Below are positions 1 to 6,887 of a stretch of 24,000 nucleotides of DNA, in pieces (position 1 is the first letter of the stretch; each line of letters opens with the position of its first letter). A model generated the notes under the pieces. It ran no database searches. It had not been told where the DNA came from and saw nothing but the letters and a program-made list of their open reading frames with translations. Position numbers and translations under genes: made by a program. The stretch is from Actinomycetota bacterium (GTDB lineage: Bacteria; Actinomycetota; CADDZG01; WHSQ01): assembly GCA_034663635.1 (NCBI GenBank), contig JAXDJH010000020.1, positions 35,215-59,214 of the forward strand. Direction: 5' to 3'.

Positions 1-2
1 TG

Positions 3-425
3 ATGCTCGGCTACTGGCGTTCGGAGGAAGCAACTGCCGACGCGACGAAGGGCGGCTGGTTCCATACCGGCGACATCGGGAAGGCCGACGAGGACGGTTA
101 CCTCTGGATACTCGACCGCAAGAAAGATCTGATCATCCGGGGTGGGTTCAACGTCTACCCGCGCGATGTCGAGGATTGTCTGCTGGAGCACCCCGCTGTT
201 TCTATCGCTGGGGTCGTCGGCAAGCCCGATCCGGTTCGAGGTGAAGAAGTTGTCGCATTCGTGTCGCTCTCCCCGGGTCAAGACGCGACGCCTGAAGAGC
301 TGATCGAGTTCGCGAAGGGCCGCATCGGCGGCTACAAGTACCCGCGCGATGTGAGGATCGTCGGCAACGTTCCGTTAACCCCGGTCGGGAAGATCGACAG
401 GAAAGTCCTTCGAACGATGCTCTAG
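3..425 (+). CDS. Acyl-CoA synthetase / AMP-dependent ligase, C-terminal fragment (5' end lies outside the window)
   Basis: The ORF runs from the window edge. It carries adenylate-forming family C-terminal motifs: GWFHTGDIG, DRKKDLIIRGGFNVYPRDVE, and PLTPVGKIDRK near the end. Confidence 0.85.
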   Translation: MLGYWRSEEATADATKGGWFHTGDIGKADEDGYLWILDRKKDLIIRGGFNVYPRDVEDCLLEHPAVSIAGVVGKPDPVRGEEVVAFVSLSPGQDATPEELIEFAKGRIGGYKYPRDVRIVGNVPLTPVGKIDRKVLRTML

Positions 426-434
426 ATCTTCGCC

Positions 435-950
435 TTAATACCCGTACCCCGAGTCGGAGTCGTTCGTGCTGCCGGAGTCGTCGGTGTAGCCCTTGTCGTA
501 CTTGTTGCCGCCACCACTCCCGCCGTTCGAGCCACCCGCCCCGGCCCCCGTTCCTCCGGCGACGGTGATCGTGCCCATCATCGAGGAGTGGATCTCGCAG
601 TGGAAGGTGACGAACCCGCTGTCGGGGGCCGTCGCGGTGGCCGTAACCGTTTGACCTGGGTCGGCTTTGACGTTCACATCCAAGTCGCCCGACGTGAAGG
701 TGTGTGGAGCCTCGTCTTTGTTGATGAAGGTGATTTCGAACTCGGCCCCCGCCGCAACCTCAACCTCTCGAGGGTCGTAGGCGAAGTTGATCGCCGACAC
801 CGTTACGCCGGAGGTGGCGGCCGGGGCCGAGTTCGAATCGGTAGGAGGCGCTCCACTGCCCGTGTCATCGGCGGCCTTGTCGCCACAGGCCGAAGTGAGC
901 GCCACGATCGCCAGGACGACGAGTGCCCACCTTGTTTTGGATGGAGCCAT
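435..950 (-). CDS. Cupredoxin (plastocyanin/amicyanin-like type-1 copper) lipoprotein with a Gly/Ser/Asp/Tyr-rich C-terminal tail
   Basis: 171 aa. The signal peptide ends in a lipobox-like LTSAC. Copper ligand pattern: His in APHTF, then C-x2-H-x3/4-M in HCEIHSSMMG. An SD (GGGAGG) lies upstream of ATG 950. Confidence 0.75.
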   Translation of the reverse strand: MAPSKTRWALVVLAIVALTSACGDKAADDTGSGAPPTDSNSAPAATSGVTVSAINFAYDPREVEVAAGAEFEITFINKDEAPHTFTSGDLDVNVKADPGQTVTATATAPDSGFVTFHCEIHSSMMGTITVAGGTGAGAGGSNGGSGGGNKYDKGYTDDSGSTNDSDSGYGY

Positions 951-1007
951 CTCCCTACCTCCCTTTAGTCCGAAGTAATACGGTGACCGCAGGGGAGGGG
1001 GATTGCA

Positions 1008-1040
1008 ATGAATCCAACCGACGCCCCCGTGCGTATCTAG
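1008..1040 (+). CDS. Candidate 10-codon upstream ORF / leader peptide (MNPTDAPVRI) ahead of the ECF sigma gene
   Basis: The purine tract AGGGGAGGGGGA (991-1002) lies 5 nt upstream of ATG 1008. TAG at 1038-1040 ends 2 nt before the sigma ATG at 1043, and that ATG has no SD of its own. Confidence 0.35.
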   Translation: MNPTDAPVRI

Positions 1041-1042
1041 CT

Positions 1043-1597
1043 ATGTGGGCGCTGTCCGATGAAACCTTGCTGGCGGGCCTCGGCTCCGACGATCCGGAGT
1101 CCGCGACCGCCTTCGTTCGCAGGTTCCAGGGCCGGGTGTTCGGGCTCGTGTTCACCATCCTTGGAAACACCAAGGATGCGGAGGAAGCAGCCCAGGAGAC
1201 CTTCGTTAGGGCGTGGCGTCATGCCTCCGCGTTCGATCCCCGTCGAGGCGCGGTGGCGACCTGGCTGTTGACGATCGCAAGGAATGTGGCCATAGACATG
1301 CTTCGAGTGCGGAAACCGGATCCGATAGATCCCGGTGGCATCGCGTCGTTCGAGATGTCACTCCTCGATCGGAGGAGCGACGAACAGAGGACGCCCGTCG
1401 AGGACGCGGATCTCCTGCGCACAGCACTCGCTCGGTTGCCGGAGGATCAGCGCAGGGCGGTGGTGCTCGCCACCTTCTACGGTCGCACGGCACGCGAGAT
1501 CGGCGAGATGGATGACGTGCCTATCGGAACTGTGAAGACGCGCATCAGGGCGGCGATGTCAAAACTGAGAGCGGCTCTGGAGGTCGGCGATGACTGA
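1043..1597 (+). CDS. ECF-type RNA polymerase sigma-70 family factor
   Basis: Region 2 (FVRRFQGRVFGLVFTILGN...EEAAQETFVRAWR...WLLTIARNVAIDMLR) and region 4 HTH (RRAVVLATFYGRTAREIGEMDDVPIGTVKTRIRAAMSKLR) are present. I placed the start at the first ATG. The GTG at 923 in the track ORF would overlap the divergent cupredoxin gene. Confidence 0.85.
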   Translation: MWALSDETLLAGLGSDDPESATAFVRRFQGRVFGLVFTILGNTKDAEEAAQETFVRAWRHASAFDPRRGAVATWLLTIARNVAIDMLRVRKPDPIDPGGIASFEMSLLDRRSDEQRTPVEDADLLRTALARLPEDQRRAVVLATFYGRTAREIGEMDDVPIGTVKTRIRAAMSKLRAALEVGDD

Positions 1598-2273
1598 CCC
1601 TTCGCCGGACTGCGCACGGATCAGAGAGCTCGCTCCCGAGTTCGTCCTCGGGGTGGCTCCCGGTGACGAGCGAGCCTTCATCCTCGATCACATCGCTTCT
1701 TGTGAGGAATGCCGACGCGTCGTGCAAGAGATGTCAGCGGTGGCCGACGAGTTGCTGCTCCTAGCTCCTAGCCAAGAGCCCCCGTTGGGGTTCGAGAACG
1801 CAGTCGTCCGCAAGCTCTCTTCGAACGACGGGCGAGGGAGCGCTCGTCGCGGCTGGCTGACGGTCGCGGCCGCGGTCGTCGCTTTGATCGTTGGGGCCTC
1901 GACCGTTTGGTTCGCGACCGGACCTGATCGGCGCGTGGGCGCCTATTACAGAGCGGTTCTTGCCCGGGCCGAGGGTGAGTACTTCACCGCACGTGAGCTT
2001 TGGGACGACGATGGCAACCGAGCCGGAGTCGTGTTCGCGTACGAAGGCGATCCCTCGTGGCTCTTCATGGTCGTCGACCGAGAAGACATCGAAGGCGAAT
2101 TCACCTGTTACGCGGAATTGGAGAACGGCCGATCGGTCGCGCTTGGCACCTTTTCGCTAGGCGGCGATCACCGAACGTGGGGGGCCGCGGTCGACCAGGA
2201 GATCCACGACCTCGATCGGGTCAAGCTGGATGGCTCCTCGCAGGATCTCGTAGCGACGTTCGCAAACGGCTGA
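1590..2273 (+). CDS. Membrane-anchored zinc-finger (ZAS-type) anti-sigma factor
   Basis: ATG 1590 overlaps the sigma stop (ATGACTGA). It has an H-x3-C-x2-C motif (HIASCEEC) plus an upstream Cys, a single TM helix (WLTVAAAVVALIVGASTVWFA), and an extracytoplasmic domain of roughly 125 aa. Confidence 0.75.
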   Translation: MTDPSPDCARIRELAPEFVLGVAPGDERAFILDHIASCEECRRVVQEMSAVADELLLLAPSQEPPLGFENAVVRKLSSNDGRGSARRGWLTVAAAVVALIVGASTVWFATGPDRRVGAYYRAVLARAEGEYFTARELWDDDGNRAGVVFAYEGDPSWLFMVVDREDIEGEFTCYAELENGRSVALGTFSLGGDHRTWGAAVDQEIHDLDRVKLDGSSQDLVATFANG

Positions 2274-2275
2274 TC

Positions 2276-2671
2276 TCAACTCTGGGTAGCACACACCTTC
2301 TTGGGGGGCGATTCGTAGACCCAAACGACTGTGCTGATGATCTCCGCGGAGGGCACGCCTTTCTCCAGGTAGGCAGTGGCACACCGCGAGATGGCGCGTG
2401 CTGCCATCGTCGCGTCGTTGAAGGCCGACAGCATCAATATGCGCGTGCCGGGGGAGGCTTCATGGAGAAGAGGGATCGCTTGAAGCCCGTCCATGCGCGG
2501 CATGGAGACATCCAGCAGGATCACATCTGGCCGCGTCTCGCGCGCGATCTGTACCGCTTCGACCCCGTCGCCCGCTTCGCCGACAACTTGGAACCGAGGT
2601 TCGGCGAGAGCCAATCGGAACAACTCTCTCAACGCAGGGACGTCGTCGACGATGAGCACCCGTATGGGCAA
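2276..2671 (-). CDS. Stand-alone response-regulator receiver (REC) protein with no output domain
   Basis: Receiver signature: IRVLIVDD, DVILLDVSMPRMDG (phospho-acceptor Asp), ILMLSAF, YLEKG. I chose TTG 2671 as the start because a perfect AAAGGAGG lies 5 nt upstream. The track ORF starts at an upstream TTG (2722). Confidence 0.8.
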   Translation of the reverse strand: MPIRVLIVDDVPALRELFRLALAEPRFQVVGEAGDGVEAVQIARETRPDVILLDVSMPRMDGLQAIPLLHEASPGTRILMLSAFNDATMAARAISRCATAYLEKGVPSAEIISTVVWVYESPPKKVCATQS

Positions 2672-2757
2672 CGCCGCCTCCTTTCTGACAAGATGATGAG
2701 CACGGAAGGCTTCGCGGAGCAATACGCTTTATTGGAGGGCCTTTCCCGGGAGGGTGG

Positions 2758-4080
2758 ATGCAGGCCGTAGCCGACGCATTTCAGTACGTAAACGCCGCTG
2801 CGTTCCTTTTTCTTGGTTTGCTTGGGGCCCGCGTCTGGATGAGGCGCCACGATAGCCAGAGCGCGTGGATGAGCCTTACCTTCGGGATCCTGGGCGTTAT
2901 CGCCATCATCGGTCTCGTCCAGCCCGAGAAGGTTGAGTCGGATCTTGGGCAGCTCCTCCTCAAGTTCGAGATCGGGGTGCTGCTTCTCTTCCCGTACTTC
3001 CTCTATCGCTTCGCCGCGAGCTTCGACCCCCCGTCGCGAAGGACGGAATATCTGGCCGCGATCGTTACGGGTATCGCCATCATCTGGCCCTTCTTCCTCG
3101 GGGGCAACATCCCGCAACAGGGTGAAAGGCAGACGACTGAGTGGCGTATCTACATTCTGGTGTTGCTCTTCCAGTGGACCTTGTTGTCGATCCTGGCAGC
3201 GGTTCGATTGTGGCGTGGGGGGGGTGATCTTCCCGAGGTGGCGCGTCGTCGAACCCACCTGCTGAGCATCGCGACGCTCCTATTGAGTGTTGTGATCATC
3301 ATCTCGGGGTCCAGCTCGTCCGAGCCCGCGCCCGAGGTTCAGGTGATCACGGCAGGCATGACCCTTGTTGCGGCCCTCGCCTTCTACTTCGGTTTTTCGC
3401 CGCCAAGATTCGTTCTCATGGTTTGGCGACGACCGGCTCAGGACGCGCTTTACCGGGCCGTCACGGATCTCGTGAGCGCGGAGACCGAGCAGGACGTCAC
3501 CTCGTCGTTGTTGCCGCACGTGACCGACATCATCGGGGGCCGGGCCGTTGCCTTGGTCGAGAGAGAGGAAGTGATCCTCGACGCGCACGGTGCGACCCAA
3601 GAGATGCTCGATCACGTTCCCGGCCTCCTGAACGACCCTCAAACCCAGAGGGAGGGCGTCATCGTCGTTCCTTTGACATTTGCGACCGTCATCGTTTGGA
3701 CCAGCAGGTTCGCTCCTTTCTTCGGCGAGGAGGAACTCGAGCTCGTCAAGACGCTGGGTACCCTCGGACACTTCGCCTTGGAACGGACCAGGGCCACGCG
3801 TTTGAAGGCCGATCTGGCGGAAGCACAGAGGAGACGCGAGCAGGCGCTCCAGATCAACGACAACGTCGTGCAGGGTCTCGCCGTGGCGAAATACTCATTC
3901 GAGATGGGTCTTCAGGATCGCGGGATCGAAGCGATCGACAAGACCCTTTCGGCCGCGCGGTCGATCATCTCCGACCTTCTCGAGGAGATCGGTGGGGACA
4001 CGAACCTCGAGGCCGGCGCGTTGATCCGCCACGAACCTGCAGGCTTCGATCCCGAACGTTCTGCGGAGACCGGCTCCTGA
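2758..4080 (+). CDS. Polytopic membrane sensor-like protein: about 6-7 TM helices, a GAF-like domain, and a degenerate HisKA_3-like dimerisation helix with no HATPase domain
   Basis: 440 aa. The N-terminal half is hydrophobic. The middle has a GAF-like end pattern (VIVVPLTF...FGEEELELVKTLGTLGHFALERTR). The C-terminus reads QINDNVVQGLAVAKYSF...AIDKTLSAARSIISDLLEEIG, which follows the HisKA_3 pattern ELHDxVxQxL with Asn in the His position. The protein ends about 70 aa later with no N/G1/G2 boxes. Confidence 0.6.
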   Translation: MQAVADAFQYVNAAAFLFLGLLGARVWMRRHDSQSAWMSLTFGILGVIAIIGLVQPEKVESDLGQLLLKFEIGVLLLFPYFLYRFAASFDPPSRRTEYLAAIVTGIAIIWPFFLGGNIPQQGERQTTEWRIYILVLLFQWTLLSILAAVRLWRGGGDLPEVARRRTHLLSIATLLLSVVIIISGSSSSEPAPEVQVITAGMTLVAALAFYFGFSPPRFVLMVWRRPAQDALYRAVTDLVSAETEQDVTSSLLPHVTDIIGGRAVALVEREEVILDAHGATQEMLDHVPGLLNDPQTQREGVIVVPLTFATVIVWTSRFAPFFGEEELELVKTLGTLGHFALERTRATRLKADLAEAQRRREQALQINDNVVQGLAVAKYSFEMGLQDRGIEAIDKTLSAARSIISDLLEEIGGDTNLEAGALIRHEPAGFDPERSAETGS

Positions 4081-4127
4081 CCCTCGACCGCAAGTTCCTC
4101 GACCGATTCGATCGGCTTCGCAAGGAG

Positions 4128-5162
4128 ATGTCCGAACGAGGCATCGATCACCTGTGGGTCGAACCCTCGGTCGGGTTCCTCTATCTCACTGGTCTCGAAC
4201 CGATAAGCGTGGAGCGGATCACCGCATTGCTGATCCCGGCCGATGGGGACCTTCGTCTTCTCGTTCCACTGATGCTTGCGGAGGAGTGCGAAGTCATCGG
4301 AGCAGAGGCAGTGACCTGGGACGACACGGAGGGTCCCGACGCAGCGGTAGGTCGCATCTTGTCCGGCATCAAAACCTTGCACGTCCAAGGTTCGCTTCCG
4401 ACATGGGCGATGTTCGCGTTGCAAGCAGCGGCTCCTGGCACCACGATCGATCTCGATCCGGGAACGCTCGAGCGACTTCGCGAGATAAAGGACGACTCCG
4501 AGATCGAAGGCCTGAAGGTCTCCGGCGCGACGACCGACGGCGTTATCTCGTGGATCGAGACGATGCCACCCGCCGGTCTGACCGAGGTGGCTCTGGGGAA
4601 GCGGATCCAGATGCGTTACCTCGAGCTCGGTGTTGTGCCGACGGACATGCCGCTCGTTGCGTGGGGCGCGAATGCAGCGATGCCTCATCATGCCGGCGGC
4701 GACGTCCTGATCGAACCCAACGCCCCCCTGCTCGTGGACATCGGATGTCGCGTCGATGGCTACTGGTCTGACATCACTCGCGTCTACTTCCCCGAGAACA
4801 CCTCATCCGAGATCAACGGTGCCTTCGATGTGGTTTGCGCGGCACATGACGCGGCCCTGGCCTCAGTGGCGGTGGGCGTTCCTTGCTCCGAGGTTGACCG
4901 CGCCGCGCGCGCAGTGATCGAAGAAGCGGGACTGGGAGAGCGCTTCGTGCACCGGACCGGCCATGGCCTGGGCCTCGAGATGCACGAAGCTCCCTACATC
5001 AGAAGCGGTAACGAGCAGTTGCTAGAGGTCGGTCACGTGTTCAGCATCGAGCCGGGCGTCTATCTGCCCGGGAAGTTCGGGTTACGTTTCGAGAACATCG
5101 TCGCGGTGACCGCAGATGGTCCGCTCGTTCTTAACCAAGCCGCCCGCAGGCACAAGCTCTAG
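4128..5162 (+). CDS. M24B family Xaa-Pro aminopeptidase/dipeptidase
   Basis: Metal-ligand and signature blocks: VDIGCRVDGYWSDITR, HRTGHGLGLEMHEAPYI, GHVFSIEPGVYLPGKFGLRFENIVAVT. The first ATG is 4128, but N-domain-like sequence continues upstream to a CTG at 4077, so the start is uncertain. Confidence 0.85.
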   Translation: MSERGIDHLWVEPSVGFLYLTGLEPISVERITALLIPADGDLRLLVPLMLAEECEVIGAEAVTWDDTEGPDAAVGRILSGIKTLHVQGSLPTWAMFALQAAAPGTTIDLDPGTLERLREIKDDSEIEGLKVSGATTDGVISWIETMPPAGLTEVALGKRIQMRYLELGVVPTDMPLVAWGANAAMPHHAGGDVLIEPNAPLLVDIGCRVDGYWSDITRVYFPENTSSEINGAFDVVCAAHDAALASVAVGVPCSEVDRAARAVIEEAGLGERFVHRTGHGLGLEMHEAPYIRSGNEQLLEVGHVFSIEPGVYLPGKFGLRFENIVAVTADGPLVLNQAARRHKL

Positions 5163-6043
5163 ATCGGGTCGGCGTAGCCGTACCAACCGGCGTCGCCAAC
5201 GGCGGCACATTCTTCTTTCGCGAAACAGTAGAAGGGCCCGTCGCTGCCTCCGGCCCACCACAACGTCTCGATCCCCGACGGCGCGAGCTTCTTGCGGATG
5301 AATATGTAAGCCCTTGTCCCGTCGCTCGTGAACAGCCCCTTCATGCCCGGCTGCCAGTCCCCCCAGACGAACGCGAGTCTGACCTTGTCCCATCCCTCGG
5401 TGGCTTCCTTCATGTCGGCGGTTTGGGGATCGATCGTGAAGAAGTAGTGGCCGTTCGGCTTCGTAAGGCGATAGAGCGTCCGGGTCGGCGTCGGTGGGGC
5501 AGGCTCTTCTGGCTCAGCGGGCTTCGGGCGATGCTTCGGCGAGGCGGTGTTCGCTCGATGCTCCGTGGGAGGCGGTGAGACCGGGGCCGGAGCGGAAGTG
5601 GACGCAGGGGGTGCGTCCTGGGGCGCGAGCTCGATGGGTTGAGCGACCTTCCGGTGTGGCGAGTGGGCGGGAGCTTTCGAGCGTTGTGAGCTCTTAGCGT
5701 GATCCTTCGGGCTTCGTCCGTGTGGGCGATCGACTGGGTAGACGAGGCGAGGAGACTCAACCGGATCGGCGACCGAGATCTCGACGAGGGCCGGGGGAGC
5801 CTTCACTTGCGCCGGGTTCGAACGGCCGGCGAGCATCGCAGCGGTCACGGCCACAACGAGGAGAGCGGCCATCGCCTGATAGGCAGCCCCGCTCTTGATC
5901 CAACGGATCGGCGCGCGGAGGCGGCGAGCTCGGCGTGAGGCCCGGTCGGGCTCTGACCTCTCTGGTGTCGGTGGCGATTCGGCGCGCCCCGAGGGAGGCA
6001 GATGTTGATCGGTTCCGTCGAAGCGCCCGCCCGGCATGACCAC
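5159..6043 (-). CDS. Hypothetical membrane-anchored proline-rich protein with an uncharacterised Trp/Gly-rich C-terminal domain
   Basis: 294 aa with GC3-rich codons. It has an N-terminal basic segment, a TM helix (AMAALLVVAVTAAMLAG), a roughly 130-aa Pro/Ala/Ser/Lys linker, and a C-terminal domain (LYRLTKPNGHYFFTIDPQTADMKEATEGWDKVRLAFVWG...). That domain loosely resembles the YRFxNxxxGxHFYT-type (DUF5648-like) repeat. The start (GTG 6043 or ATG 6037) is uncertain. Confidence 0.55.
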   Translation of the reverse strand: MVMPGGRFDGTDQHLPPSGRAESPPTPERSEPDRASRRARRLRAPIRWIKSGAAYQAMAALLVVAVTAAMLAGRSNPAQVKAPPALVEISVADPVESPRLVYPVDRPHGRSPKDHAKSSQRSKAPAHSPHRKVAQPIELAPQDAPPASTSAPAPVSPPPTEHRANTASPKHRPKPAEPEEPAPPTPTRTLYRLTKPNGHYFFTIDPQTADMKEATEGWDKVRLAFVWGDWQPGMKGLFTSDGTRAYIFIRKKLAPSGIETLWWAGGSDGPFYCFAKEECAAVGDAGWYGYADPI

Positions 6044-6086
6044 GCATTCTTCATCGCCGCCCTCGGTTCCTTCCCGCGCCGCGCAC

Positions 6087-6092
6087 TAGAGT
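6087..6092 (+). promoter_or_regulatory. Candidate -10 box TAGAGT, 6 nt upstream of ATG 6099 (possible leaderless transcript)
   Basis: TAGAGT fits the actinobacterial TANNNT / TAGRRT -10 pattern. There is no SD between it and the start codon. Confidence 0.3.
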
Positions 6093-6098
6093 CTGGCG

Positions 6099-6887
6099 AT
6101 GGGGCGGGTCCTGGCGATCGCATGTCTTTTCTTCGCGCTCTTGGTTCCGGCCGCGTCCGGCGTCGACTCCTGTCGCGGCCATCCAGTCACGATCGACGGA
6201 ACTCGTGACGGCGACAACATCCAGGGAACGCCGGGCGACGATGTCATCTCGGGCGGACCCGGTGCCGACAGGATCCACGGTCTCGGGGGCCGCGACGTGC
6301 TCTGTGGCGGGGGAGGAGCCGACCTCCTCGACGGAGGCGATGGGGACGACCTTGTATTTGGTGGCGAGGGTGGGGACACGATCGATGGAGGCACGGGCGA
6401 CGATGTCTTGTCGGGTGAGGAGGCCAACGACGGTCTGACAGGTGGAGCGGGATTCGACGTCGTTCGCTATGGACGAGCTCCGTCTGCGGTGATCGTTGAT
6501 CTGAAAGACGGAACGGCATCGGCACGTTCCGGTGGTGGCACCGGGGCCGACACCATCCTCGAGGTCGAGGGCGCTTACGGCTCGTCTTTCGACGACCTAC
6601 TGATCGCCGGACCGGAGGGCTCTTTCCTCGTCGGCAATCGGGGAGCGGACGAGGCCATCGGCGGGCCGGGACCGGACCGAATCTTCGGAGGTCAGGGGCG
6701 TGACGATCTGATCGGTCGCCTCGGCCCCGACGAGTTGACCGGCGATGACGGCGCGGATCGGATGCGAGGCTCCGGAGGAGCCGACGCTCTCATCGGCGGT
6801 TCGGGCAACGACATCGTGGACGGCGGTAAAGGCCGAGATGATTGCGACGGGGGACCGGGTGACGACCGTTTCATCGACTGCGACTGA
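6099..6887 (+). CDS. Secreted hemolysin-type (RTX) calcium-binding repeat protein
   Basis: Sec-type signal peptide (MGRVLAIACLFFALLVPAASG). Two blocks of GGxGxD nonapeptide repeats (GGPGADRIHGLGGRDVLCGGGGADLLDGGDGDDLVFGGEGGDTIDGGTGDD... and GGPGPDRIFGGQGRDDLIG...GSGGADALIGGSGNDIVDGGKGRDDCDGGPGDD). They are separated by a VIVDLKDGTA...GADTILEVEGAYGSSFDDLL linker typical of such proteins. Confidence 0.85.
   Translation: MGRVLAIACLFFALLVPAASGVDSCRGHPVTIDGTRDGDNIQGTPGDDVISGGPGADRIHGLGGRDVLCGGGGADLLDGGDGDDLVFGGEGGDTIDGGTGDDVLSGEEANDGLTGGAGFDVVRYGRAPSAVIVDLKDGTASARSGGGTGADTILEVEGAYGSSFDDLLIAGPEGSFLVGNRGADEAIGGPGPDRIFGGQGRDDLIGRLGPDELTGDDGADRMRGSGGADALIGGSGNDIVDGGKGRDDCDGGPGDDRFIDCD

Noticed and set aside
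1010-1035. ECF-type autoregulatory promoter (TGAATCC ... CGTA) upstream of the sigma gene
   Set aside because: It is only a loose resemblance to the GGAAC/GGAAT-N16-18-CGT/GTT type, with a spacer of 18-19 nt. It also lies inside the candidate uORF. It is not supportable without TSS data.
2693-2770. 25-codon ORF (MMSTEGFAEQYALLEGLSREGGCRP) in the divergent region upstream of the sensor gene
   Set aside because: It has no SD, overlaps the sensor start codon, and is simply the tail of a long shadow ORF (2000..2770).
3840-3990. Possible ANTAR RNA-binding domain at the C-terminus of the GAF membrane protein (GAF-ANTAR is common in Actinobacteria)
   Set aside because: The spacing does not fit. 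ANTAR has A-L-x8-A-K-G with a conserved AKG, and here the AL...AKY distance is 12 residues. The N-D-x3-Q-x-L pattern and second helix fit HisKA_3 better. It still needs an HMM check.
3423-4076. N-terminal 218 codons of ORF 3423..5162 (Arg/Gly-rich)
   Set aside because: It overlaps the well-supported sensor gene in another frame. Its composition is that of a GC-rich shadow frame, and peptidase homology only begins near 4077-4128.
6099-6887. Classical RTX exotoxin / T1SS substrate
   Set aside because: It has an N-terminal Sec signal peptide, is small, has no pore-forming or enzymatic domain, and no ABC/MFP secretion genes are nearby.
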